Positions 47,024-56,488 of a DNA stretch of 64,000 nucleotides are shown here, piece after piece. The DNA comes from Candidatus Dormiibacterota bacterium. GTDB lineage: Bacteria; Chloroflexota; Dormibacteria; Aeolococcales; Aeolococcaceae. The stretch is taken from positions 330,667-394,666 of the forward strand of contig CAWKDT010000001.1 in the NCBI GenBank assembly GCA_963848445.1. The letters are read 5' to 3'. The stretch's first letter is position 1. The number at the start of each line of letters is the position of its first letter. The position numbers and the translations under genes are program-made. The notes under the pieces are model-generated. The model was not told the DNA's origin. It did not search any database and saw only the letters and a program-made list of their open reading frames with translations.

Positions 47024-48055
47024 CTAAGAGGAAGAGTCGGTGACGTGGAGGGTGCCCTGGATCAGCGCCCAGAGAATCGCCTGCTCCGTGGGAAGCCGGT
47101 TTGCCGCCTGATGAAAAACTCGTGACTGCGGGCCGTCGAAGACATCAGCCGTGACCTCTTCGCCGCGGTGGGCCGGCAGGCAGTGGAGAAACACCGCGTC
47201 GGGAGCGGCATGCTCCATGAGCCGCGAGTCGACCTGATACGGCTGGAACGCGTGAATGCGAGACGCGCGTTCGAGCTCGGAGACGCCCATCGAAAGCCAT
47301 ACGTCGGTGTACACCGCGTCGGCGCCACGCACGGCCTCGAGCGGGTCATTGGTGATCACCACGCGGCTGTCGCATTCGGCGGCGAGATCGACCGCACGTG
47401 CCACCACGTCAGGGTCGGGCTCGTAGCCCGGGGGAGCGGCCACGGCGATGTCGACGCCGACCAGGGCACACGCCTCGATGAGGCTGTGGGCCACGTTGTC
47501 GCCGTCCCCGATGAACGCCAGCCGCCGTCCGCTGAACCCGCCCCACAGCTCGCGCAGTGTCAGCATGTCCCCCACGCTCTGGCACGGATGGTGCAGGTCG
47601 GTGAGCGCGTTGATCACAGGAATCGTGCTGGCGTCCGCGAAACGGCGCACGTCGTCGTCGCTGAACGTCCTGATGACAAACGCTCGCGAATAGCTGCTGA
47701 TCACCCGAGCGGTGTCCTCGATGGTCTCGCCGCGATCGAGCTGCAACTCGTGCGGGCCGATCGAAAGGGGTGTGCCGCCGAGGCGCGTCACCGCCGTCTC
47801 GAATGAGATGCGCGTTCGTGTGGACGGCTTGTTGAAGTACAGCACGACCGTGTCGCCGCGCAGCAGATCGCTGAAGCGGTGCGGCAACTCCTTGCACTGC
47901 GCCGCGAGGTCGAGGAGGGCGATCAGGTTCTCCGCACCGAGGTCCGCCGTGGTCAGAAGATCGCTGACCGGCCCGTCGTCATCGACCAGGCGCCCGACGA
48001 CCGGCGAAACGGCGTGGGTTTCGGGATCAGGCAGCAGCCATGTGTTCGCCACCAC
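47024..48055 (-). CDS. argF: Ornithine carbamoyltransferase
   Basis: Carbamoyl-P motif 'STRTRISFE', ornithine-binding 'DVWLSMG' and 'HCLPAHRGEEV' are all present. An N-terminal extension of ~35 aa is unusual. Confidence 0.8.
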   Translation of the reverse strand: MVANTWLLPDPETHAVSPVVGRLVDDDGPVSDLLTTADLGAENLIALLDLAAQCKELPHRFSDLLRGDTVVLYFNKPSTRTRISFETAVTRLGGTPLSIGPHELQLDRGETIEDTARVISSYSRAFVIRTFSDDDVRRFADASTIPVINALTDLHHPCQSVGDMLTLRELWGGFSGRRLAFIGDGDNVAHSLIEACALVGVDIAVAAPPGYEPDPDVVARAVDLAAECDSRVVITNDPLEAVRGADAVYTDVWLSMGVSELERASRIHAFQPYQVDSRLMEHAAPDAVFLHCLPAHRGEEVTADVFDGPQSRVFHQAANRLPTEQAILWALIQGTLHVTDSSS

Positions 48056-48216
48056 TCGATCATTGGCCGTGGCGACGCGGGTATCAAGTGCCCTTGGCCG
48101 TACAACCCCGGGTCCTTGGTCACATGCTCATCGCCGAGCCGGCCGATGCGGACTACGCCGGTCCCGCTTGCATGGCCTCCGGAGACGAGCAGCAGCAGCG
48201 CGACGTTCGGCAGCGA

Positions 48217-48411
48217 TCAGCTGGGCGGCGGCGGTCCCTTTGCGGTCGGGAACGAGATCGGACCGATACGGGACAGCACGTGGAAGCCGACGGCGAACAG
48301 CGCCAGCGCCACGGCCGTCCTGGAAATCACGGCGGCGGTGACCAGCTCGACCACGCCGGCCACCAGGAACAGCGTGAAACTGACGACGGTGCAGAAATCC
48401 TTGAAAGTCAT
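48217..48411 (-). CDS. Small hydrophobic membrane protein (64 aa)
   Basis: 'MTFKDFCTVVSFTLFLVAGVVELVTAAVISRTAVALALFAVGF' forms two TM helices. The rest of the upstream ORF is Arg-rich shadow. Confidence 0.35.
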   Translation of the reverse strand: MTFKDFCTVVSFTLFLVAGVVELVTAAVISRTAVALALFAVGFHVLSRIGPISFPTAKGPPPPS

Positions 48412-48777
48412 CGCTCCTCCTTGACGCCGTGTGACCGTTCCATCTCGGCAATTCCTACTCTCGTCGCATGCCCTCCTGCCGAGAGCGGCCACCGCGGCCC
48501 GCGCTCGTGCCGCGACGCCGAAGGGTGCGGGGTGACGGTCGAAGCCGACGCGGTATGCGGCCATCCGCGCGGCGGTGACCGACGCTAGTCCTTGACGCAC
48601 GTCCATCCACCGGTACGGGAGCGAGAACACTCGTCCCGAATCTGCTGCCGAGCAACGAAGTCAAGCAAATATGTGCGGCCCACAATGGTGAGCGCGGGCA
48701 CTCGAGGATCGCGAATCCATCAGCACCTCGGCCTGCTCACGGCGGCAGCATCGTGGCCTGCGATCTCACGCGGAGAG

Positions 48778-48861
48778 TGCCGAGGAAGGGAATCGAACCC
48801 TTACGCCCTTACGAGCACAGCGCCCTGAACGCTGCGTGTCTACCAGTTCCACCACCTCGGC
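48778..48861 (-). tRNA. tRNA-Leu (anticodon CAG), long variable arm, no encoded CCA
   Basis: The reverse complement GCCGAGGTGGTGGAACTGGTAGACACGCAGCGTTCAGGGCGCTG...GGTTCGATTCCCTTCCTCGGCA has the acceptor GCCGAGG/CCTCGGC and the anticodon loop TTCAGGG. Confidence 0.85.
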
Positions 48862-48927
48862 GAGGCGTCCTGCGATGGTATCAGCGCCAGAGGACAGCGC
48901 CCACGCCCGGCGTGGGCCACTCAACGG

Positions 48928-50484
48928 CTACCGCAACTGCCACGCGGCGATGTCGTCGTAGCGGGCTGACTCGTTGCCGATCGCGGGGATCGGCGCGTAC
49001 GGCATCGGCGCCCTGAACACCACCGAAACCTGGGGCGTGTAGAGAAAGACCGCGGGCGCGTCTTCGGCCACCAGCGTCGTGACCTTCGCCGCTGCGGTGG
49101 CCCGGGCCGATCGCTCCGATGACATCGCGAGGACATCCAGGGCGGCGTCGAGGAAGGGGTCCACCGGTGCTCCGGATACGTTGTACCCGTGAGGCGGGAC
49201 GGCGTTCGACCTCCAGAAGGCACTCACATCGGGGTCGGGATTCGGGCTCCATTGGTCGATGGCGAGCTGGAAATGGCCGCTCGCGAGTGTGCCGCTGAGG
49301 AAGCTCGCCGGCGGCACGATCTGAACCGTCACGCGGACGCCGATCGTCCCGAGCTGCGCCGCGACCTCCTTTGCCACGAGGGGCAGCGGAGCGATCGAGG
49401 GTACTGACAGGGTGTACGCCAGCCGTTCGGTCCCGCGCTGTCGGGTCCCGTCGGGACCGGGTGTCCAGCCCTCCCCCTGCAGGACCGCATCGGCGGTCGA
49501 CGGCGACGTGGCCTCGACATTGGATGCGCCGATCCACTGCAGCCCCTGCGAGAACGGGCCGGTCTGGACCACGCCGCCGCGTCCCTCGAGCGCACCGGCG
49601 ACGACGGCCGAGCGGTCGATAGCGACCCCGATGGCATGGCGCACGACCGAGTCGTCGAGGCCGGGAACCCGCTCGTTGAACATCAGGTCGACGAACCCGA
49701 GTGTCGTCATGCTCTCCGCCTGCGCTCCCTTGACCGCCAGCAGCGTCGACAGCTCCCCGGGTGTCGTCGCGAGCAGCGCGTTGACGTTTCCCTGAGCGAA
49801 TGCCGACTCGGCGTCCTTGAACGTGAGGAACAGCCGCAGCTCGTAGGTGGCGATGTCGGGACGCCGGGCGGCGTGAGGGTTCGGCCGGAGCACGATGGCG
49901 AGGGCGCCGGACGAGGCGATCTCATACTCGCCGGACGTCGGGAGCGGCGTGGTGGGATGTCCGATCGCCGTGAGCAGCGCCAACTCGCCAAGCGCCCCGA
50001 GCGGAAGGATCGGCAGCTCGCTGAGTGTCGCCGCGAAGGACGCGCGCGGCGCGGGGAGTGTGAACGTGACCGCGGAGCCCTGGCTGCTCACGGCGGCGCC
50101 CGCCAGCGCCGAGGCGAGGGTGGGATTGCCCGCCTGCGCGGAGACCGCGAAGTCGTAGGTCGCGGCAACGTCGGCAGGAGTGATGGGCTGCCCGTTCGAC
50201 CATTCGAGGTCGTCGGGCAGCACGACCGTGTACGTGCGGCCGTCGCCGCTCACCGCGTAGGACGACGCCAGGTCGGGCACCGGATAGCCGGTCCGGTCCA
50301 GCTTCAGCAGCGAGCGATACAGGAGATGACCGACGTCGACGACGGCGGGATCGGAGGCGCCGACCAGCGGGTTGAGCGACATGGGCCGCTCGCTGACGAC
50401 CAACCCCTCGGTGAACTGAGGCCCGCCGATGAGCCCGAAGTGGAGGGAGAGCGCGAAGCCGAGCGCTCCGACCGCCACGACCAC
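48928..50484 (-). CDS. ABC transporter substrate-binding protein, family 5 (peptide/nickel type), membrane-anchored
   Basis: 'LASSYAVSGDGRTYTVVLPDDLEWSNGQPITPADVAATYDF' is an SBP_bac_5 signature. The start is uncertain, a GTG within 'ALVVVAVG'. The upstream 115 aa of the ORF overlaps secG. Confidence 0.65.
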   Translation of the reverse strand: MVVAVGALGFALSLHFGLIGGPQFTEGLVVSERPMSLNPLVGASDPAVVDVGHLLYRSLLKLDRTGYPVPDLASSYAVSGDGRTYTVVLPDDLEWSNGQPITPADVAATYDFAVSAQAGNPTLASALAGAAVSSQGSAVTFTLPAPRASFAATLSELPILPLGALGELALLTAIGHPTTPLPTSGEYEIASSGALAIVLRPNPHAARRPDIATYELRLFLTFKDAESAFAQGNVNALLATTPGELSTLLAVKGAQAESMTTLGFVDLMFNERVPGLDDSVVRHAIGVAIDRSAVVAGALEGRGGVVQTGPFSQGLQWIGASNVEATSPSTADAVLQGEGWTPGPDGTRQRGTERLAYTLSVPSIAPLPLVAKEVAAQLGTIGVRVTVQIVPPASFLSGTLASGHFQLAIDQWSPNPDPDVSAFWRSNAVPPHGYNVSGAPVDPFLDAALDVLAMSSERSARATAAAKVTTLVAEDAPAVFLYTPQVSVVFRAPMPYAPIPAIGNESARYDDIAAWQLR

Positions 50485-50534
50485 CAGAGCAGCGCCGGCC
50501 GCAACCTCAATCGGCCGGTGGCGCCGCAGCCACC

Positions 50535-50768
50535 TTACTTGGTGACGTAGGTGGAGAGAATCGAGACGACGACGAAGAGCACGATCATCGCCGCGGAGAA
50601 CCGCAGCAGGCTGGCTTCGAGGCCGCGCCGGCGCCGGTACCCGCCGCCGGAATCGCCGCCACCACCGATGGTGCCGCCGAGACCGGTCGCCTTCGGAGTC
50701 TGGATCAGGATGCCAAGCATCGCGAGGATGCCGATGACCACCTGGGCTACGGCGAGAGCCGTCTTCAC
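50535..50768 (-). CDS. secG: Preprotein translocase subunit SecG
   Basis: 77 aa. A TM helix, then a Gly-rich 'TGLGGTIGGGGDSGGG' loop, then a second TM. An RBS 'AAGGAGG' lies 5 nt upstream of the GTG start. Confidence 0.8.
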   Translation of the reverse strand: MKTALAVAQVVIGILAMLGILIQTPKATGLGGTIGGGGDSGGGYRRRRGLEASLLRFSAAMIVLFVVVSILSTYVTK

Positions 50769-50925
50769 GCAACAACGCCTCCTTGGCAACGCACGGGCCG
50801 AGTATAGGTGGATCGGCGCGATCCAACCCCCGGCCAGTTCGCGCCGTGGCCCTGCGGGAGCATCATCACGATTGTGATAGTGTCTTCACGAAATGTCTTT
50901 GCAGTGTACGTCGTCGGCATGGGGG

Positions 50926-51957
50926 GTGTGCTTTCGGGTGGCGGCGTTGGGCGCCGTGATGCAGATCGCCGCCTGTGCCGCGGGGCCCGTGCCGCCCGCC
51001 GCCGCACACCCGCCGGCGCCCCTCCTCGGACCGGCGCCCACGGTCCTCGCCGGCTCCGACCAGGTCACGCTCCTGCGCAGCGGGGCGGCGACCTTCGCGC
51101 GCATCCGGCTGCTGATCGATGGTGCCCGGAGCAGCGTGCACGTCGAGGTCTACGAGTTCGGGCAGCGAGGACTTGCCACCGCGCTGATCGATGCGGAGCG
51201 CCGGGGGGTGGCGGTGAGCGTCATCGATGATCCTTCCGAATTGAGCAGCGTGGCAACGGCGGCGACGCTCCGCGCCCAGGGTGTCGACGTCCTCGACTAT
51301 CCCGTTCGGGCTCAGATGATCGACCACGTCAAGCTGCTCGTCGTCGACGCGCGAGTTGCGGTCGTCGGTGGCATCAACTGGGGCGTCAAGTCTCCCGCGA
51401 ATCACGACTACGACGCCGAGCTCCGTGGGCCGGTGGTCCGAAACCTTGATCGGGTGTTCGTCCGAGACCTCGTCACCTGCGGCCGCGACGCGAGCGTGCC
51501 GGACCCGGTTCGGGACCCGTCGATCGTGGTCGCCGCGACCCTTCCGGGCGCCGAGATCCGTCCGCTCGCGCTGGGATTGATCGACGGCGCTCTCCACAGC
51601 CTCGACCTCGAGCTGTTCGTGCTCACCGACACCGGCGTCGTCCATGCCCTCGAGGCCGCCGGGCTCCGCGGCGTCGCGGTGCGCGTGCTCCTCGATCCCT
51701 CGCAGCCGTCGAGCGATCCGGCATACGCGGCGCTTCGGGCCGGCGGCATCCCGGTGCGCTGGTACCGCAGCCGGGGCGAGCTTCTCCACGCCAAGGCGAT
51801 CGTCGCCGACCGGGCCTCGATCCTCTTCGGGAGCGCGAACTGGTCCGGTGGCGGGTTTGCGCGCAACCACGAGCTCGACATCGAGATGGCCGCCGCACCC
51901 GAGGTCGCCGCGCAGATGCTCGCCCAGATGGACCTCGACTGGGCGGCGAGCGCCTGA
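50926..51957 (+). CDS. Phospholipase D-family lipoprotein (two HKD motifs)
   Basis: GTG start giving 'MCFRVAALGAVMQIAAC' (lipobox). HKD-1 is 'DHVKLLVVD', HKD-2 is 'LHAKAIVADRASILFGSANWS'. Confidence 0.7.
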   Translation: MCFRVAALGAVMQIAACAAGPVPPAAAHPPAPLLGPAPTVLAGSDQVTLLRSGAATFARIRLLIDGARSSVHVEVYEFGQRGLATALIDAERRGVAVSVIDDPSELSSVATAATLRAQGVDVLDYPVRAQMIDHVKLLVVDARVAVVGGINWGVKSPANHDYDAELRGPVVRNLDRVFVRDLVTCGRDASVPDPVRDPSIVVAATLPGAEIRPLALGLIDGALHSLDLELFVLTDTGVVHALEAAGLRGVAVRVLLDPSQPSSDPAYAALRAGGIPVRWYRSRGELLHAKAIVADRASILFGSANWSGGGFARNHELDIEMAAAPEVAAQMLAQMDLDWAASA

Positions 51958-52025
51958 GTGCGCTTGACAAGCGACCGCTCTCGATATATCGTTCATCGCA
52001 GGAACCACCTCACGGAGTCACCCCG

Positions 52026-52703
52026 ATGAACCGCCCAGACAGACATGCCGCCCATGACGAACCGTGGACCGACATCCATCACGAAGCGGCGCGACGCTTC
52101 CATCACATGCGCCACCAACTCGACCATCGCGCTCGCTTTCGCCACCGCCGAGGCTGGCCGCCCTTCGATCCGGCCGACCTGCACGGATTCGTGGGCGGTG
52201 GGTTCGGATCGCCGTTTGCGTCCGGACGCCGCGCGGCGCGCGGCGACGTTCGAGCCGCAATCCTCGTCCTCCTCGCGGAGAAGCCCTCGCACGGCTACCA
52301 GATCATCCAGGAGCTCGAGCGTCGCAGTGACGGCGCCTGGCGCGCGAGCCCCGGATCGGTCTATCCGACCCTCCAGCAGCTCGAGGACGAAGGGCTCGTC
52401 CGTGCGGTCGAGGCGGATGGTGGGCGGCGCGTCTTCGAGCTGACCGACACCGGTCGTGACGAGGCGGCGCGGCTCGCTGCCGGCCCGGCCCCATGGGACG
52501 AGGCCGCGGGTGCCGTCGGCGGCGACCATCGCGACCTCCGCGATCAGGCGTTTCAGCTGCTCGCGGCCACCTGGCAGGTGAGCAGGGCCGGCGACGCCGC
52601 CCACATCGCACAGGCGCGCAAGATCCTGCACGACGCCCGGCGCCGGATCTACCTCCTCCTCGCCGGCGCCGAATCGTCGCCTTCCGAGAAGACCGAGGAC
52701 TGA
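52026..52703 (+). CDS. PadR-family transcriptional regulator with N-terminal extension
   Basis: 'LVLLAEKPSHGYQIIQELERRSDGAWRASPGSVYPTLQQLEDEGLV' is a PadR winged helix. Confidence 0.8.
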   Translation: MNRPDRHAAHDEPWTDIHHEAARRFHHMRHQLDHRARFRHRRGWPPFDPADLHGFVGGGFGSPFASGRRAARGDVRAAILVLLAEKPSHGYQIIQELERRSDGAWRASPGSVYPTLQQLEDEGLVRAVEADGGRRVFELTDTGRDEAARLAAGPAPWDEAAGAVGGDHRDLRDQAFQLLAATWQVSRAGDAAHIAQARKILHDARRRIYLLLAGAESSPSEKTED

Positions 52704-52889
52704 CGACAGGCACCTGTCGCGACGGGCGCGAATACTGCGCACATGCCCCCGAACGCCGTGATCATCGATGCCGCCACCCGGTTCCTCCGGACGAACCCCG
52801 AGGTCCTCGAGCTTGCCCGCCGCGGCGCCGGCGAGAGCGGCGTGGCGGTCGAGTTCCTGCTCACCGACGCGGTGCGCAGGATCCGGCGC

Positions 52890-53712
52890 TCAGGGTTCGA
52901 GGCGGTAGCGCAGAAACAGGTGGTCGCGGCATCGGCGGGCCGACTCGAGCGTAGCCGGGCGCAGCGCGTCAGGCCCGGCCGCCCAGGCCTCGACCAGCCC
53001 TGGCCGCGGATGGTCGTGATCCCGTCCGGCGATGCGTGGGGACACCGTCAGGAACAGTTCGTGGACGGCGCGAGCCGCGATCAGCCGGCCTAGGAGCTGC
53101 GGGCCACCCTCGCTCAGGACCACACCGGACCCGGAGACCGAAGAGAGTGCGTCGACGATCGCGGGTGCACTCAGCGCACCGCCGTCTTCCAGTTCGAGGG
53201 CTTCGACGAGTGGATGGGCGGCACGCACCTTGCGTGCGCCCGCTGGGCGTGGTGAGCACGACGGTGCGTGTCGCAGGCTGATCGAGCGCGACGTGTGCGG
53301 GGAGGTCGCCACTCGCCGTCACAACGACCAGCGGCGCGGGCTCTGAACGCCCGTGCAGCTGTGCACGGTAGGCATCGAACCGTGCCGCCCGCTCACCGGC
53401 CACGGCAGCGGGAATCCACTGGTGACCCGGCGTCGCCCGGAGGGTGCCCGCTCCGATCACCACGGCGCCGGCGGCAGCGCGAAGCATCGCCATCAGGTAC
53501 CGATCAGCCGCTGATCCGGCGCCGACCGTCGACGAGTCGGTCCCATCGCTCACCCCGAGCGATACCACGCCGTCGATCGTCGACACGAAGTTCGCGACGA
53601 TGTAGGGACGCGGCCGGTCGGGGAAGCGCAGGCGACCCCCGTACGCCACCTCGACGCCGAGGGGAGTTCCCGCCTCGGCACCCACCAGGACCTCGAACGC
53701 CGGATCCGCCAC
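52890..53712 (-). pseudogene. RibD C-terminal domain / dihydrofolate-reductase-like reductase, frameshifted (~53235)
   Basis: The N-terminal half 'YIVANFVSTIDGVVS...AAGAVVIGAGTL' is in one frame. The C-terminal half 'LSEGGPQLLGRLIAARAVHELFLTVSPRIAG...LFLRYRLEP' is in the adjacent frame. The junction is a 1-nt indel. Confidence 0.7.
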
Positions 53713-53722
53713 CGCTCGACCG

Positions 53723-56374
53723 TCAGGCCGTGCTGACCGGTGCGCTCGTGAGCACCTCGTCGAGCATGCGCAGAAAGCGCTGCACCTTCACGGGTTTCGT
53801 GAGGTACGCGCGCGCCCCCGCGTCCATCAGCTGCTTGCGACGGCGGTCGGTGGCATCGGCGCTGCACATGACGACCGGGATGCCCGCGGTGCGCGGGTCG
53901 GATCGAAGCTGCGCCAGGACCTCGTCGCCCTGGAGGTCCGGAAGATGCTGATCGAGCACGATCAGGTCCGGCCGGTGCTCGCGAGCGAGCTCCAGGGTGA
54001 GACCGCCCTGCATCGCCGTGAGCAGATGGATCTGCGGCCGCATCGCGAACACCTCCTCCATGAGCCCTATGGTCGCAAGGTTGTCCTCGACGTAGAGCAC
54101 GGTGCGCTCGCAGGCCAGCAGCGGCGCCACGACCTTCGACTTGCGCCGGACGCGAGGCTTGGCGGCCGCGCTCGGCGAGCGGAACAGCCGGATCCAGAAG
54201 GTGCTGCCCACGCCCGGCTCGCTGTCGACACCGATGGTGCCGTCCATCGCCTCGACGAGCTTGCGGGTCAACGCAAGCCCCAGGCCGGTGCCCGGCACCG
54301 AGGTGCGCTCCGCGCCGAGGCGCTCGAAGGGTTGGAACAGGCGGGCTTTCGCGTCCTCACCGAACCCCGGCCCGGTGTCGCGGACGCCGATCCGGATGAA
54401 GTCGCCAGGCGTTGCCCCGGATCCGTTGTGCGTGCCCGGCGACACGACGCCGACCTCACGGGCGGCCTCGACGACGATGTGCGCGGCGTCGCCGGAGTAC
54501 TTGACCGCGTTCGAGAGCAGATTGAGCAGCGCCTGCACCAGCCGCTGCCGGTCCGCAAGCACGTATTCGTCAGCGCAGTCGCCCAGGGTTCGGGTGATCG
54601 TCGAGTGGTGGCTCAACGCCGACGGCGCCACCAGCCGGACGCACTCCTCCACCGTCGCCTCGAGCGAGACGGGCTCGAGCGAGAACGTCTCCCTGCCCAA
54701 CTCGATACGCGCGATGTCCAGGACATCGTTGACCAGGCTCAGCAGATGCCCGCTCGCCTCCTGCACCGCTGCGATCGACTCGGTCTGGTCGTCGCGGGGT
54801 TCGCGCATCTCGAGGAGATCGCTGTAGCCGAGGATGGCGGTCAGCGGGGTGCGGAGCTCGTGGCTCATCCGCGAGAGGTACTCACTCTTCGCCTGTGACG
54901 CCTGCTCCGCCACGTCGCGCGCCTGACGGATCTCAGCGGCGGCGAGCTTGTCGGCGGTGACGTCCCGGGCGATCTCGATCACGGCCTCGGGCCACCCCGC
55001 GGTGTCGCTCTGCAGGGCCCACCGCGCGGCGACATGGATGCGCCGCCCGTCCTTGGTGGTCTGGATGATCTCCCCGTCCCAGCGACCCGCCGACCGGAGC
55101 AGCGCGAGGATCGAGTCCTTGCTCTCGGGAAGCTCCGACCCGAGCAACTCGGCGGAGTCCCGTCCGATCGCCTCCTCGCTGCTCCACCCGTACAGCTCCT
55201 GGGCCCCCTTGTTCCAGAACGTGATCAGCTGGGTGCGGACGTTCCACGTCGTGACCGCGTCGTAGGCGAGGTCGAGCAGCTGCGCGTTGCGACGCATCCG
55301 CTCGACGAGGAGCACCCGGTCGAGCGCGGGACCGAGCGCGGTGCCGTACTGGGTGAGGCGCAGGGCTTCGTCGTCACCAAGGAGCGGGGTGAGCGGCCCC
55401 GAGGTGACCGCCATGACCCCGCTGCTGAACTGCGCGTCGAGGTGGACGCGAATGACTCCCTGCGGCTGTGGGGTTCGCGGGTCGATGACGCGGCCGCCGC
55501 CGACCCGGTCGCCGTCGGAGACGAGGGTCCATCCGGCCTCCCGCTCGATCCCGTGAACTGCGAGCACCTCCCCGTCGTCGGTGGCGATCACGGCTCCATC
55601 GGCTCCCACGAGCCGGGCGGCCCATTCCACCGCGCGCTCCGCGAGCCGCTGCCGGTCGGGGGAATACAGCACGAGATCGTTGAAGGCCTCGCGGAAGTTC
55701 CCCTCGTCACGCTGGCGCCAGAAGGCGCGAAGCCATCGAGGCGGTTCGAATCCGATGTAGAAGAGTGGGAGCACCACGAGCGCCGGGATGGCCATCGCGG
55801 CCGCGGGCCGGCTCCCACCGAGGACGACGTCCGAGACGATCGACACGATGAGCACGACGATCACGACCCCGTAGGCAAGTGAGATCGACCGCAGGCGCGC
55901 CCGCTGCACGGACGGCATACCCTTCGAGATCCTCCACAGCCACGCAGCCGGCTCCGCGACGCATGCGAGCCAGACGGCTCCGAGCAGCGCCACGATCAGC
56001 GGCTGCCGGTTCGAACCCGCCCCGGCGAGCGCCACTCCGGCGACGCACACCAGGAGGATCGTGGCGAGCACCGCGACCGCGGTGCCGGTGCCGACCGCTG
56101 CCGGGATCCGGGTCATCGCGGCGCGGAATGCGAGCAGCGCCCACCCCGACCCGAGCAACAGCCCGAGCGTGACATCGCTGATCCACTCCTGGTGCTCCCC
56201 GGTGAGGACACCGGTCGCGACGCTCACCCCACACGCGCACAGCAGGGCGATCGACAGCGCCAGCAGTGCGCGCGTGCGATCGCGGTAGCGCCACCATCCT
56301 TCGATGGTGAGTGCGCCGACGAGAACACAGGCACCCCCCACAGCCCATGACAAAGCCAGGGTCGCGGTGCTCAA
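53723..56374 (-). CDS. Hybrid sensor histidine kinase/response regulator (TM sensor, GAF, PAS, HisKA, HATPase_c, REC)
   Basis: H-box 'SHELRTPLTAILG', G-box 'GTGLGLALTRKLVE' and a C-terminal receiver with 'LIVLDQHLPD'. Confidence 0.85.
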   Translation of the reverse strand: MSTATLALSWAVGGACVLVGALTIEGWWRYRDRTRALLALSIALLCACGVSVATGVLTGEHQEWISDVTLGLLLGSGWALLAFRAAMTRIPAAVGTGTAVAVLATILLVCVAGVALAGAGSNRQPLIVALLGAVWLACVAEPAAWLWRISKGMPSVQRARLRSISLAYGVVIVVLIVSIVSDVVLGGSRPAAAMAIPALVVLPLFYIGFEPPRWLRAFWRQRDEGNFREAFNDLVLYSPDRQRLAERAVEWAARLVGADGAVIATDDGEVLAVHGIEREAGWTLVSDGDRVGGGRVIDPRTPQPQGVIRVHLDAQFSSGVMAVTSGPLTPLLGDDEALRLTQYGTALGPALDRVLLVERMRRNAQLLDLAYDAVTTWNVRTQLITFWNKGAQELYGWSSEEAIGRDSAELLGSELPESKDSILALLRSAGRWDGEIIQTTKDGRRIHVAARWALQSDTAGWPEAVIEIARDVTADKLAAAEIRQARDVAEQASQAKSEYLSRMSHELRTPLTAILGYSDLLEMREPRDDQTESIAAVQEASGHLLSLVNDVLDIARIELGRETFSLEPVSLEATVEECVRLVAPSALSHHSTITRTLGDCADEYVLADRQRLVQALLNLLSNAVKYSGDAAHIVVEAAREVGVVSPGTHNGSGATPGDFIRIGVRDTGPGFGEDAKARLFQPFERLGAERTSVPGTGLGLALTRKLVEAMDGTIGVDSEPGVGSTFWIRLFRSPSAAAKPRVRRKSKVVAPLLACERTVLYVEDNLATIGLMEEVFAMRPQIHLLTAMQGGLTLELAREHRPDLIVLDQHLPDLQGDEVLAQLRSDPRTAGIPVVMCSADATDRRRKQLMDAGARAYLTKPVKVQRFLRMLDEVLTSAPVSTA

Positions 56375-56488
56375 GGCACGATGCAGTATCAGGCAGAATT
56401 CGCGAATTCCTCTGACTTCACCGCATCGTCAAAGTCGGCGCCGCCCTCCGGCCGGCGGCGGGCTCGGTCTCACCTGCAGGGAATGGGT

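Noticed and set aside
45660-47027. 455-aa plus-strand ORF
   Set aside because: It is antisense to the cPGS-like P-loop gene. It is low-complexity (R/D/G/H-rich).
52743-53093. 116-aa ORF downstream of PadR
   Set aside because: Its 3' 200 nt are antisense to the conserved C-terminal half of the RibD_C reductase, and it has no motif. It could be a shortened real gene, but there is no support.
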